A stretch of DNA of 64,000 nt from Azolla caroliniana. Lineage: Eukaryota; Plantae; Polypodiophyta. Made by a program: the position numbers and the translations under genes. This document shows positions 10,543-24,200 of the stretch, piece after piece. The stretch is taken from the NCBI GenBank assembly GCA_043228905.1, contig JBHGNT010000008.1, forward strand, positions 22,258,001 to 22,322,000. The letters are read 5' to 3'. A model generated the notes under the pieces. It ran no database searches. It was not told the DNA's origin and saw nothing but the letters and a program-made list of their open reading frames with translations. The first letter of the stretch is position 1, and each line of letters starts with the position of its first letter.

Positions 10543-10675
10543 ACTCATTCCTTCTCTCAAAGTTCGACACCTCTCATAGTACTAATCCTTCTCTGTCTTA
10601 GTACTATTCCCCAACAATAGTACTAATCCTTCTTTTAGTACTAATTCCTTCTCTGCCTTAATAGAGTTCCTGACA
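10209..10675 (+). repeat. 3' LTR of element D
   Basis: Direct repeat of the 5' LTR; the pol stop codon lies inside it (10214-10216). Confidence 0.97.
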
Positions 10676-12860
10676 TCATCGGGCTCCCGACATTCATGGA
10701 GAAAGAGAATGAAGGCGTGTGTGCCGCTTGCCAATTCAGCAAGCAACATTGGCACCCATTTCCGAAGGAGTGGAACATGAGCAAAGGCATACTCGACGTA
10801 ATTCATTCCGATGTATGGGGTCCGGCTCAAACGGCTACATTCGGCGAATGCCGATACTACGTGGCCTTCATCGACGACTTCTCCAGGCACACCTGGATCT
10901 ACCCCATGCGACAAAAGAGCGAAGTGTTTAGACACTTCCAAAAATTTAAGAATGAAGTGGAGAAAGCCAAGGGCCGACATGTACGATGTCTTCGGTCGAA
11001 TGGAGGCAAGGAGTACTTCTCCGACGAATTTTCGGCGTTTCTACGGAAAGAAGGAATACGGCAAGAGTTTTCGTGTTGACATATGCCACAACAAAACGGA
11101 GTGGCCGAATGAAAGAATCGGCACATCTTCGAAGTAGCACGGGCCATGATGAACGAAAAGCACGTGCCGAAGTCGTACTGGGCAGAAGTGGCTAACACGG
11201 CCGTATACCTCATGAATTGGTGTACGACATCCGGCGTGCATGACCTCACACCGCACGAGAAGTTTTTCGGAAAGAAGCCGGATCTATTGCATGTTCCATT
11301 GTGTATGTGCACATCCCCGACGAGAAGCGACAAAAGCTCGACCCGAAGTCGGAGATATGCAAGGTGAAGTATAATGTTGACGACGCCATAAACTGTTACA
11401 AAGCTCAACTCATAGCGGAAGGATACGCAGAAACACATGGAGTCGACTATGAAGAGACCTTTGCCCCGGTGGCAAAGATGATGACGGTGCGGACCGTAAT
11501 TGCACTCGCAGCGGCGAAAGGGTGGCATCTCCACCAGATGGATGTCAAGAACGCTTTCTTCCACATGGTACAACCTCCCAGTTTCGAATCACACATTCAT
11601 TTGAAAGCCATGTGCCAACTCAAGAAGACACTCTATGGCCTCAAGCAAGCACTGCCTACTTGGCATTCGAAGATTATGCAATATCTTCATCAAACCGGAT
11701 TTCGACATTCGAAATCCGACAACTCCCTGTACGTACGCCACGACTCTAGAAGCCTAATTGTCATCATCCTCTATGTGGATGATCTGGTTATTGGAGGTGA
11801 GCATTTAGTCGACATCAACAAGGTGAAGTCCCTCCTCTCCAACAAATTCGAGATGACGGACATGAAGGAGCTTCACTACTTCCTAGGCATCGAGGTAATT
11901 CGGACTCCGGCTGGCATTATAATCTCCCGACAACACTACATCCTCAACTTGTTATACAAGTTTGGCATGACTAAGTGCAAATCGGTCGCTACGCCTCTCG
12001 ATCGAAACCTCAAACTAGATGCTGACTCCGGCACAAACGAGTGCGAGCCGACAATATCGTCAACTGATCGGGAACCTCATCTATCTCACGATCACTTGAC
12101 CCGACCTTAGCTATCCAGTCAGACTCCTTAGCCAATTCATGCAAACTCCATGAGATATCCATTTTGATTGCGCTAAGCGAGTATTACAATACGTGAGTGA
12201 CACAATGGATTACGACATTCTATACGCATCAGCCACACCAATACGACTCGAAGGGTACACAGACGCGGATTAGACAGGCTACAAAGCTGATCGACAATCG
12301 ACCTCTGGATTTGTCTTCTCGCTTGGTAGCGGAGCAATATCTTGGAGTAGTAAGAAGCAGCCTACCATCGCACTTTCGAGTACGGAGGCCGAATACAGGG
12401 GCACAACCGTAGTTTCATGTGAAGGCGTATGGCTCAAGAGGATTTTGAAGGATCTGGGCATCCCTATCAAGGATCCGACTCCCATTTACTGCGACAACAT
12501 GAGCATTATATATCTGGCTCGGAACCTGGTGTTCCACGCGCGCACAAAGCACATCGAAGTGCTCTATCACTTCATTCGAGAGCGCGTACAGGCCGAAGAT
12601 GTCGACCTTCAACACATCCACATGAATCTTCAGACAGTTGACATCTTCACTAAAGCCTTAGGAACCGACAAGCTTCGGAAATTCATGTCAGACCTTGGAT
12701 TGACGATTCCTGACTTGCCAAGCTTGAGGGGGAGTACAAGTAAGAACTGGATACCGTCTAAACCGGGTATGAGCCGGACACCGGAGATCGTCTGAACCGG
12801 ATACGAGCCAAAGCGGACATCCACCGAAAGGAACCGACCCGAGTTGAGCTTGAGGGGGCG

Positions 12861-13312
12861 TGTTAAGAATCAAGCTCAACATAGTGCAACGTGTGAACAC
12901 ACCTTTTGAGAATCCATGAATACTCAAAGGTCAAGAGTCACACCACTACTCTCTACACATTAACTATGTGTCATAGAATCATATTCTATGATACATAACT
13001 AATGAGTTACATATTTCCCATGACTATGAGTCTTCACATTCCCCAAGAGAGAGAGTGGTTGTTGTAAAGTTAATGAAGAGAGAGGGTGACTCTATATAAA
13101 GCACCCTCCTCATACTTCATACTAGTCGGTTGTGACTCCTTATTATGCTACATTTTGTAATTCTTATTCTACTTGTGAAATATACACCTTCTTCTTGAGT
13201 ATTCGTTTTCTCTATCTATCTTGTGTTCTCTCATCTCTCCTCTAATTCCTCTCACACATACACATAACACACATCTCTTCCGCTACACAAGAATCACCAT
13301 CGATTCTTTACA
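12861..13312 (+). repeat. 3' LTR of element B
   Basis: Direct repeat of 2139-2591, preceded by the PPT. Confidence 0.95.
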
Positions 13313-16300
13313 CATATACTCCGCTTCCGTGGTTGACAACACCACGGCCTTCTGCAAACTCGATTGCCATGCGGCGACTCCCCCTGCATAAGTCATGACA
13401 TATCCAGATGTGGACTGGCTGGTATCCATATCAACCGACATGTCTGAATCAGTAAAACCTTCTAGCAAAAGGTTATGTCACGGGACATGACAGGTTACTT
13501 GAGCCGAATCAGAGGCACACGCTCGAGGTTCCTCTTAGGTATCGGATTATCCACTTTATTACAGTCCAATGCTCTCTTCCAGGATTGCTTATATACCAAT
13601 TGTCGACTCCGACAATGTATCCGATATGCTACCTGGTACATACCATCACGTACATCAGGCTTTCGATTGCTTAGGCATATGGGACCTTACTCATCTTAAC
13701 CTTCTGTGTCTTAGTCTTTAGACATTGTCTCTCGGATAGCTTGGTATTAGTCGTAAATGTCGAGTCGACCAGTTTTGCACCTTCCATGTTGAACCTCTGG
13801 AGCACTTTTGTTATGTATTTCTCCTGTGACAACCACAATAACCTTTTTGTCTGGTCTCGGACAATGTGCATTCCCATGATCTATCTTGTCGAACCCATAT
13901 CTTTAATTGAGAATGACCTGCCCAAGGCCTTCTTCAGCCTTCCGATTTTCATATGGTCCCGTTTGACAATCAACATGTCGTCCATGTACAACTAGAGGAC
14001 GAGGAAGTCTCCTCTATCGAACTTCGTCACAAATACGCAGTGATCGGCCTGCATCTTGTGGTACCCTTGGTCGGCCATGAAGGATTCGAACTTCCGGTAC
14101 CACTGTCGGGGAGCCAACTTCAATGGATAAAGGCTCTTCCTCAATCGGCACACCATGTTCTCCTTCTTTTTTTCGATGAAACCTTCCGGTTTCTCCATTG
14201 TATATCTCCTCTTCAAGATCACCATGCAGAAAGGCCGTCTTGAGAACCATGTGCTTTACTTCAAGGTCCATGTTGGCCGTTATGCTCAGCACAATCCAAC
14301 TGGATGTCATCTTCACGATTGGGGCAAAAATCTCATCGAAGTCCACTCCTTTCATTTGTTGGAAACCCCTCACCACAATGCAGACCTTATACCTTGGTGG
14401 ATTTCCGCCATCTCCTGGTTTTAGTTTATACACCCACTTGTTCCGGAGTGCCCTCTTTCCATTCGTCAACTCTGTCAGCTCATATGTGTGGTTCTCATGC
14501 AGGGAATCCATTTCTTCGTGCATGGCACTTAGCCACTCTCTTCTATGGGTGTCCCTCCTTGCTTCCTCGAAGCTCTCCAGCTCACCCTCATCGGTTAGTA
14601 GCACATACTCTTTGTCTGGATATCTTTGAGGGGGCCTTTTGTCTCTAGAACCAACCGGCTTATTAGCACCTTCCTCTTCTTCGGTTGGTTCTCCGTCTGA
14701 GTGGGAGTCGACTTCTTCTTCCTCTTCGAATCTGAACAAATAGCTTCCATTCGATGCGGCTCCCGACTGGTCTTTGACCGATCCAACTTCCTATCCGGAT
14801 CCAGTCGACATTCAACTTCCAACTAGCTGGGAGGATGTTTTTGACTTCTCCTTCTCCCAATCGACAATAGTCTTCTCCTCCAAACTATGACTCGGCTCCG
14901 GATCACTTTCTTCTCGGCTAGGTCGCATAGTCGGTAACCGAACTCCTCATTTCCGTATCCTAGGAATATGCATGACCGAGTTTTCGGATCTAGTTTTCCC
15001 CTCTGGTGCTTTGCAACATGCACATAAGTCAGACAACTAAACACCCTTAGATGCCCGTACGACACGTCTTTGCTGGTCCACACCCTTTGTGGAATATCTC
15101 TGTCCAAGGATACTAAGGGTGATCTATTTATCACGTAAACCGTTGTCATCAACGCCTCAGCCTAAAACGTCTTGGATAGTTTTGTATGTGCAAGCATGCT
15201 CTGAACTCTCTCCATGACGGTCCGGTTCATTCTTTCGGCCAACCCATTTAGCTCTAGCATCTTCGACACAGTGTATTCGAGCTGGATTCCCTTTGACCGA
15301 AAATACTCTTTGAATTGCCCTCAGTATTCTCCTCCGTTATCTACTCGAACACCTTTTAGCTTCCGACCGATCTCCCTTTCTGCCCTTGCTTTGAACTCCT
15401 TGAAGACGGATAGTACCTGGTCCTTTGACTTCAGAATGGAAGCCCACAACTTCCGGTTACAGTCATCTGTGAAGGTCACAAAATATTGTGAACCAGCATG
15501 TGACTTAGTGTCCATGTAGCATACATTTGTATGCACGAGTTGCAGTGGTGGCTTCTTTCTCATCGGGGGTCTGAATCGGAAAGAGGTTTTGTTCTGCTTG
15601 CCAGTCAAACAATCTGTGCACTTGTCAAGCTGCAAATTCTTCACCTCTGGAATGAGGTTATCCTTGGCAAACTTCCGCATCCCCTTAGCACTCATGTGAC
15701 ATAGCCTCTTGTGCCACAACTCACCAGCTATTCCGGCTGCCACATTTACTTCTTCCCGACATAATCGAGCATGCATTAAATATAGTGTGTTGGTCTTCTA
15801 GGCTCGGGCCACAATTAGGCTTCCTTTGCAGAGCTTTAGTGTGTTGTTCCAGAAACTACCACTGTAGCCTTCATCATCTAATCAATTGGTTGATATCATA
15901 TTCAATCTTACCTCCGGAACGTGTTGCACATCTTTCAATACCAATTTGCACCTGGTTGAAGTCATCAAACACACATCTCCTATGCCGACGATTCAGTATG
16001 CTCCTTCGTTTCCCATCTTCACAAAATCGTGGTCCTCGGTTGTGTATGATGAGAAGCATTTCAGGTCGGAAGTCAAGTGGTATAACGCTCTGGACTTGAC
16101 CACCCACGTCGTTTCGTCGCTGACAAGGTTCACTTCGTTTTGCCTGCTAATCAATAGAAGCTCCTCCTCACTTGTCATGATCGTTGAGGTGCCTTTTCTG
16201 TCTGGAATCTTCTTCGGCTTCGCACCATCAGCTCCCCCTTTCTCTTTCCGAAAATGTCGACAATTCTTTTGGAAGTGCCCTGGCTTCCCACAATAGAAGC

Positions 16301-17015
16301 AGGTGGGCCTCCCCCTCAACTTCGACCTCGTCCCCAACTTGTCCCAAATTTGAGGACTTCTATTCCAGCCTCTCCCTTGATTCATGTCACCTTTTGTGAC
16401 TAAGCCCTTTGGGTTAGTAATGGACTCTTTGTCCTTCCGACGATCTTCCTCATTCAGCAACCTCGACTTCACCATCTCTAGGGATAAATGTTTCCATTTT
16501 GGTCGGGTGTTGTCCAATGTGACAACGAGTGTCTCCCAACTATTCAGAAGGGATCCCAACAACAACAATGCTAATACCTTGTCGGCAAGAGGTACTTCCA
16601 GAGAGGTGGTCTAGTTTATCAATCCTAGGAAGGCATTCAGGTGCTCTGCCATGCTGGAGCCATGCTGATACCGGAGTCTCACAATCTTTCAGAATATTGA
16701 AACTCTGTTGATGCATTCTTGTTTTCAAACATTATGCAGATCTTATTCTAGAGGACGTCCGCCTTGGTCTCTTCGTTGAAGGTGTTATATAGACTAATGT
16801 CTATAAAACATCTTATATATGTCGTCATCTTCATATGCATCACCTCCCGGGTTGATGCATCAATTTTGTTCGGTTTTCCATCTTCGAATTGCATTAGCAG
16901 CTAGAGGGTTCTGTACACTAACATGTCCTGCATCCACGACTTCCACACTGAATAGTTGGAGTCGGTAAGTTTGAACATTCCACCTAGATTTTCGACCATC
17001 GTACTGATACCAATT

Positions 17016-17632
17016 TGTAGAGGATACTAACGGCCACAACCGGTTAACACATATGCATACCCGGGTGCAAAGATCGAAATGACAGAAATTAGAAGACAGA
17101 GAGTGAAAGTATAGAGACACAAGTATTTTTGGTGTGGAAACCCTGATAGGGAAAAACCACGGGAGTCAACAAACTCCAAACTATATCACTATGGGAGAAA
17201 GGAATACAACAAAGATTGCAAGGCAATCACCTTGAGTTCTTCCTTGTCAAACCGACGGTTACAGAGGAGACACAATCACTCTCACTCTCTCTTTCTCTCT
17301 CAGTCTATCAACACAATGACAACCACACCTAATGAATTGCCCTATATGTATTTATACTAATACATACTATGGGCTATTTACAAATATGGCCTATCTTAAG
17401 TGCACCAAAAACATATTTACAAATATGGCCATTTTCGGGTGCTTCATCCGGATCCTATTGGATACGTCTCTAGATCCGATCCGGCCCCTTCTCCGGGTTC
17501 CCTTCTACTTTGGTTGTATCTTATCCGGCTCACACTACTCCATTCGGTTCTGACTCCTTATCCAAGGCTAGCTCTCCAGACTCCAATCTGGCTTGTGCTT
17601 ACTTCCCATACAGAGGGACCTGTTTCCTAACA
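17016..17632 (-). repeat. 5' LTR of element A (617 bp)
   Basis: TG..CA ends, adjacent PBS, TSD AAGAG. Confidence 0.9.
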
Positions 17633-18256
17633 AAGAGTGCACCATTAGGTTTTCTTTTTCTTCCTCAAATTTAGGGTTTCTTTCTTCTTTTCTCCACATA
17701 CTTGAGATCTTAGGGTTTTGTTTTCTTCTTCTTCGTGAGTTTTTAGGGTTCTCCGTCTTCTTGTTCTCAAGCATATATTGAGACCGATTCTCTACTAAGC
17801 GTTGGTGTGTGTCGGTGGATTCAAAGAAGGGGTTAGGCAAACTCACACATCGATCGTTTGAAGGGGAGACAAAGTGGCACGGGAACACGACTCCGATTCA
17901 AGGCATCGTAATTGTCAGAGGTAGTCGTGGTCTCGATGGCCCACTTGACTTCTACCTTCACCGGAAACTCGGCCAACTCCCCAAATTTCATTCCATTTAA
18001 GCATAATGGTTATATTCTAATCATTCAAGGTATCACTTCTCATTATTGCCATTGAATCTAATTGCTATGTACATTTGTAACCCTATTTTATAAAGGGATT
18101 TTTTTCTTAATCTATTGCTTTCGGCCTAAAAGAGACGCATGTTTTTTGTCTTAATACTCTCCTTCGTAGTCTCATTTTCCTTTGGCTAATTGCATATTTT
18201 GATCTTAACCTCGCGCATTAATTGTTGTCGAACTCGTCACTCCCTTCGACTATTAT

Positions 18257-18372
18257 GAGCTTCCGAGTCTGGAGAGCCTTTGACTCTAGGAGCCTTCAAC
18301 TCTTAAGTGCCTTCGACTCTAAAGATCTTTTGACTCCTAGGAGCTTTCGATCCTTGGAGCCTTCAAGTCTCC
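18257..18372. repeat. Degenerate ~17-bp minisatellite (GAGCCTTCGACTCTAG-like, about 7 copies)
   Basis: Recurrent gagcc(t)ttcga/aactct units seen directly. Confidence 0.6.
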
Positions 18373-18577
18373 AAACGTCTATGCCCTCCTATAGTCTTTG
18401 CGTCCTCCTTAGTCCAAGACGCTCATGGTCCCACTCGAGTAGAAGATGCAACGGTTCTTTGTTTTTATCACCACTACCAGTACATACCACCAATTTAAAA
18501 TTGCCATAAATCATTATGAAGCTCTAAGCAAGTGGTTTCTGTCATTGAAAGAGTCTGCAACAACAAAAACAAGCTCT

Positions 18578-18606
18578 CTTCTTCTTCTTCTTCTTCTTCT
18601 TCTTCT

Positions 18607-18674
<68 letters not shown>
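18578..18674. repeat. Compound microsatellite (CTT)n(CT)n(CA)n
   Basis: Seen directly. Confidence 0.95.
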
Positions 18675-21225
18675 TGCTAAAGGTGGAAAACAATGAATGT
18701 GATTTGGAAGAACTTATTGAGGAAAATATCCTAATTGTAGTAGTTGAATGACGAATCTGAGGCATAGTTGAAGAGCCACATGCAACTTGCAATCATCAAG
18801 GTTTGAAGCTCGAGTCACAAGTTGCAAGTAAAGGCAATTAATGAGCATTGAGCAATGAGCAGAAGAAAATCTTGACATAGAGATAAAGGTGAGTGTTGTA
18901 GTGAGCAATGAGCAATAGAGGGAAAGAGGGAAAGGAGTCAAGCAAGGAAATATCAAAAAACTAGTTTTTTAACCTTTTTTTTCAAAACCAAATAAATCGT
19001 TGGTTCAAAAAAATATGAACAAGCTAGATTCTTATTTTTGGGAAATTCTTGCTAGAATCAGTTCTGATTGTCCCCCACATTGGTCAACAAAAGTCCCAAC
19101 ATCCCTGGAACACTTACACTATTTCTAGGACCTATCCAAACGCTTGTTTAAACCAAACCCTTATAAACAATCCAACCTCAACCAATTGTTCTAAAGTTTT
19201 ACAAATCATTGAATCATTAAATTGTTGCTTCAATTTCGGACTTAATTCAGATTTCAAAATTTCAAATCAAGATTCAAATATTAGAGGTTTCTTGAAATAT
19301 CAAAATTAGCCTTACAAGTTAAACAAATATTCAAGGAAGTGTTGACCCTACACTAATAAGTCGTTTAAACCATAGTTTCAAACCATTTAAACTACGAAAC
19401 ATTGACTCTAGAAAGCCTCAAACCAAACCAAATCAAGCTACTGACCTAACCAAGACAAACAATTTAAACATGGTTTCATGCTTCAATTTAATTCAAATTG
19501 AACCTTTGCCAATTTACACAAAAATAAACCTTCTCACACAAGAAACTCACACGTAGACCTAGGGTTTGGGTTGGGTTGGGGACAAAATAGCCATAACTAA
19601 AATATCACACAAAATCTTTGGGTTTTGGCATCAAATTTTGTGTTGCAATGATTAAAACCCTCGTCTTTACAAGAAAAAATTCATTAGTAAAAAAAAGGTT
19701 GTGTTGTGATTCTCTTAGGTTTAGGGCATGAGCATTATTATATAAATGCATGAATGTGTGTATATTTTGCATTGTCCCCCTCAATGACTTGGATTCAATC
19801 CCAAATTCCAAAATTCATGTCCTTGTGTATGTTTATTTTAGCACAACCACATGCATGGTGGAGATTGATTATGTGTAGCTATACAGGCTATCACCCACAT
19901 GATCATCTCACTTGGCATCATGCACGATTAAGAGGATGCCCATAATTACTAATGAATGCATTGTTACCCCTACCTTCCACTGGAGACACTCTCATTGACA
20001 TAAGCACATCAAAATATCAAATGTTCATTTGGAAGGGGTTCCAATTGGATCGACTTTGGCTTCAACTAGCATGTACCTTGCATTATTAATTTCACCACTT
20101 AACCTTCTATTCTAATGTTAAGCATCATTTTTTTGGCATATGTGCATTATATTTCACCATTTTCCCAAACACAAAAGAACTAATGATCAAACAAAATTAT
20201 TTCAAAGAAAATAATCTTTTTTTGCATTTATCATACCAAAATTGTTTTTCCTTCACCAAATGAAAAAACATTAATTGAAAAGTATTCTAACTTTGAGACA
20301 AAATTGTGAAACCTTATTGAAATAACGACTAGCCTTCATACAACAATGGTTGTCCTCTCCCTTTCTTGAGTCAATGGGCTACACATAAGATGGAACTATT
20401 GCATCCCTACATGGATTTGTATATATAATATAACAATCTCATTTGTAAAAGTTTATAACTAATGGAAAGAGTTTTTTTTTGAAAATAATAATAATAATTG
20501 AAAAGTATTCCAACTTTGAAACAAAATTGTGAAACCTCATTGAAATAAAAAATCATCTTCGAGGTTTGATATTGAACATTGACTTGAAATAACTCATAAA
20601 GTGTGAATCATAGTTATGACAATCAAATCTACCTCTCAATTCGCAGATATATATAGAGTAACTCACAAGAAATTGATAAAATGAAAAATTAACAAATCTC
20701 AATTACTAAAAACAAGAGTAACATTATTATTTTTTATTGAGATAAGTCACATCAAATCAAAAAGTGATTCATGTGATTGAGATGAAACAAGATCTGTTGC
20801 ATAAGAGACTGATCAAATATGAAGAATACACTTTGGACCTAATGATCATTTGCATGGTGAATGAATAGCCTAGAAGCTATTCTAACTCGCCAAATCATTG
20901 GCTTTCTAGGTTCTTGTTTGCCACATCGTGTGCCTTTCTAACTTGCTAGGTAAATCAGCTTTTAATCCATGAAATTAACATAATTACATTGGAAGCAGAA
21001 GATGTAATCCATCAAAGAAATCAATCAACTATCCACCAATGCTGGTTACAATGCTCACAACCTAAAACATGAGTAGATTTTACATGCATTGAACTAAACA
21101 CTTGAAAAGCTTGGAAAGGATTGAAATCAATTACAATGTTCAGTTAATCAGTTGACATTTTCAATTTAACTTCTTTTTGGCATTCAGTGGTAGATTTTTA
21201 TTGGGTACAGGAGGTTATAACAATA

Positions 21226-24200
21226 TTAGTTACAATTAAGATGACTCGGAGCCCGATCGAACATTACACGCCACATGAATGCTCGTGAGAGCACCATCTC
21301 GAGCTCCTGATATGTCCATCTCCGAGTTGGAAGGTGTTGAAGAAATAATACCATCTCTTGAAAATCGAGCCTTTGGAGTTGTTCAGTCCACTATACAAGT
21401 AGAGAAAGCATATAAGATCTTATGATTGAAGTGAAAAACACTCTCCAGCATTTTCTTAAGGCAATGGCATTGTTTCTACCCTTGGTTAGTCCAATTCGGA
21501 AGTCATACTTTTAGGAGCAAACACTTTCTTAGGTCAAATGGAAATTATCAATCATAATGTGGCCATCATCACACCCATCATCCAATCTTGAACTCACCAC
21601 CATAAGGTTGTAAACTATATTATCATCACGCTTATATATTTAAGTTACAGAATTTTTCCTACATCTGTTGAGAATAATTTGTTTGATCCACTGTGTTGAG
21701 ATTCTAATGTCTCTTATATCATGTTATAAGCAATGCTTATGCTTTCCCATGTCTTACCCTGTATATTTATCCAATTGCATCTGAATGAAGCAGAAGGTAA
21801 ACTTTCATTAAAGTAACAGGTTTTTATCAACTCAGATCAGATTCATAGTAACTTACTATTCACACAACTTGCATGAGATAAAAAGAAAAAGAAAATCGTA
21901 TTTTTCTGAGAACAAGGAGAGAAGATCAAGACTTACCGTCAAGAGAAAGCTGGCGCATGCATACACAAGAAAATCTGGAAATTTATCTCCCTCAGCAAGA
22001 TAAGTATCCCACAACCGAGTCACTAGCAGAAATGGAATCTGTAATACATCGCCATTTGCACACAAGCTCATATCAGACATCAGAGAGCTATGAATACAAT
22101 CCATATATCCTGTGCACTATGGAACATAGTATGTAAAATTCGTGTTCGTCAGGCTTTTCATTCGTTTTCCTACGTTCGAAAACGAACACGAATGATATCA
22201 AAAAGTTCGTTTGTTTTTTTTTTCATTTTTTTTCATTTTTTTTTAATTTTTTTCATTTTTTTTTTCGTTTTTTCCCTCTTTTTCCCTCTTTTTTTTCCCT
22301 CGTTTTTTTCGTTTTTTCATGTCTGATCATCTCTGAAATTTCAGCCATGAAATTTCATGTCTGATCATCTCAGAAAATTTCAGCCATGAAATCTCTGAAA
22401 TTTCATGGCTGAAATTTTCTGAGATGATCAGATGATCAGACATGAAATTTCATGGCTGAAATTTCAGCCATGAAATTTCAGACATTTCATGTCTAGACAT
22501 TTCATGTCTGAAATTTCATGGCTGAAATTTCAGCCATGAAATTGTAGACAATGGCTGAAATTTCAGCCATGAAATTTCAGAGATTTCATGGCTGAAATTT
22601 CAGCCATGAAATTGTAGACATTGAAATGTCTGAAATTTCAGCCATTTCAATGTCTAAAATTTCATGACCCCATGAAATTTTAGACATGAAATGTCTGAAA
22701 TTTCAGACATTTCAATGTCTACAATTTCAATGTGTTTTTTTTTTGCAATTTTAAAATTTTTTTTTACCTTGAAAAAATATTTATCTTATAGTAAATAGTT
22801 TAACCAAAAGTATGGTATTTATCATTCTTCGAGGGTGTTTACCCTTCTCGAATGATTGAATCATTCTCGAACACGAATGCACGAATGGTACGCATGGTTC
22901 ATACTATGCTATGGAATTCGAAAATAAATTCTGATAAAACTTTAGGAGCTATGACCATTTAAAATGAGCAAAATTTTCTGATTTCAACCTCACGTATCAG
23001 AAGGCAGTTGACCCATCTGAATGCAAATTGCAGAAACTCAAGTCCTTGCCTTTCCATATGCTTTGATATTGCTTCTGAAAAACAGATGCAAAGTTTGTCA
23101 AAAATAAAAAGATGAGTCAGAACTTCATAAAAATTCTGAGGTGATGAAAATGCAGAAATTTCTAGACTACTCTAATTCCATGCTTCACCGAGCAAGTAAC
23201 AAGTCCAAAAGCACCTGATGTTGATGGTCAGAAACAACCAAGATGGTTAAAATTATGCTTTACATACATTTCAAGAAGCAAAAACAATCATAATGAGCTC
23301 ATTAATTGGCTTCACAAATTTCCTTGTCAAAACATTAAGATTAACAAATTTGATTTGTTGATCATAACAGCATTGAAACATACACATAATGGAATAGCAG
23401 TGCAATATGAAGTGTGGCCCTTCAATCTTAAAGAGTATAGAGTAATATTCCATGAGTACAACTAGTAATATTCTGACAGGAAAGGAACTCATCTTTTCTA
23501 TGACAACTTTGTAATAAGAAACCTCTAGTACATCGAAATGCTGGGTATATATATATTTTCTCTTACTATCATCTTGCTTGTCACTACCCTACTCTCTCTC
23601 CTCACTCGACTGTGATCCTACATCATCATATTCGTTAAAACAGAATATTTGTATGATATAAAAAGATTATATCAGTAAATGTTCTTCGAATTCATGACAT
23701 AACAATGAAGGGAAATGCATAGACAGACCGTCAATACGCCGAACGAGCTCTTTGAGTTTGAAAACAAGGCGTTGAATGCCTGGCTGTGCAAATGTGTAAT
23801 GATCTTGGATATTGTCCAACAACTTAGAGAGACACCAATAGCAATCTGCCTCTATATTGGACAGCTTGGTAGATGAAAGTTTTGATACAATCCAATCTTC
23901 CATTTCTCCTTCCATGTGTTCGGACAAGAACACCACTAAGAACGGAGTAGCAAGGTCATTAATACCTTGAACATATCCACTTGCTGGATGTCGAATAGCC
24001 CTGAATTCAAAACAGATACCCAATCAACATATGAAATTTAAAGCACATTCAACCAAAAGTCATGCACTTATATGGGTGAATGCGCACAAAATAAGTATAT
24101 AGCATGTCATAACATCTGATTCCTTTTTTCGCATGTGCAAACATGTCACGTCCAACTTATTTGGATTCAACCTTGAGATAAACTGAAGTCTTATAAACAG

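Larger units (their letters stand above)
4912..10675 (+). mobile_element. Element D: intact Ty3/Gypsy chromovirus (Tcn1/Tf1-sushi-like), very recent insertion
   Basis: LTRs 4912-5374 and 10209-10675 look identical except (TC)16 vs (TC)18. TSD TCATC at 4907-4911 and 10676-10680. PPT AAAGGGGGGATAG lies before 10209. gag and pol ORFs are uninterrupted. Confidence 0.97.
2139..13312 (+). mobile_element. Element B: degenerate Ty1/Copia inserted in the RNase H region of A
   Basis: LTRs 2139-2591 and 12861-13312 (about 10 differences). TSD CATAT at 2134-2138 and 13313-13317. PBS TGGTATCAGAGC at 2592-2603 and PPT at 12851-12860. Fragments of gag, PR (WFVDSGAS), INT (IHSDVWGP), RT (LYVDD) and RH, with stops and a deletion near 11360. 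Confidence 0.95.
1751..17632 (-). mobile_element. Element A: old, degenerate Ty1/Copia (Tnt1/Tork-like), outermost layer of the nest
   Basis: TG..CA LTRs at 17016-17632 (5') and 1751-1944 (3'). TSD AAGAG at 1746-1750 and 17633-17637. tRNA-Met(i) PBS (TGGTATCA on -, 17005-17012) and purine tract next to 1945. Fragments of gag (CFYCGKPGHFQKNC), GAG-pre-integrase, INT, RT (KWVYKLK..YKVCIVVRGFQQMKGVDFDEIF) and RH (LSTTEAEY), split by element B. Confidence 0.93.

Noticed and set aside
19310-20550. AAACC-rich MITE-like remnant and a ~50-bp dispersed direct repeat (~20273 and ~20496)
   Set aside because: No clear TIR or TSD; ordinary decayed intergenic repeats.
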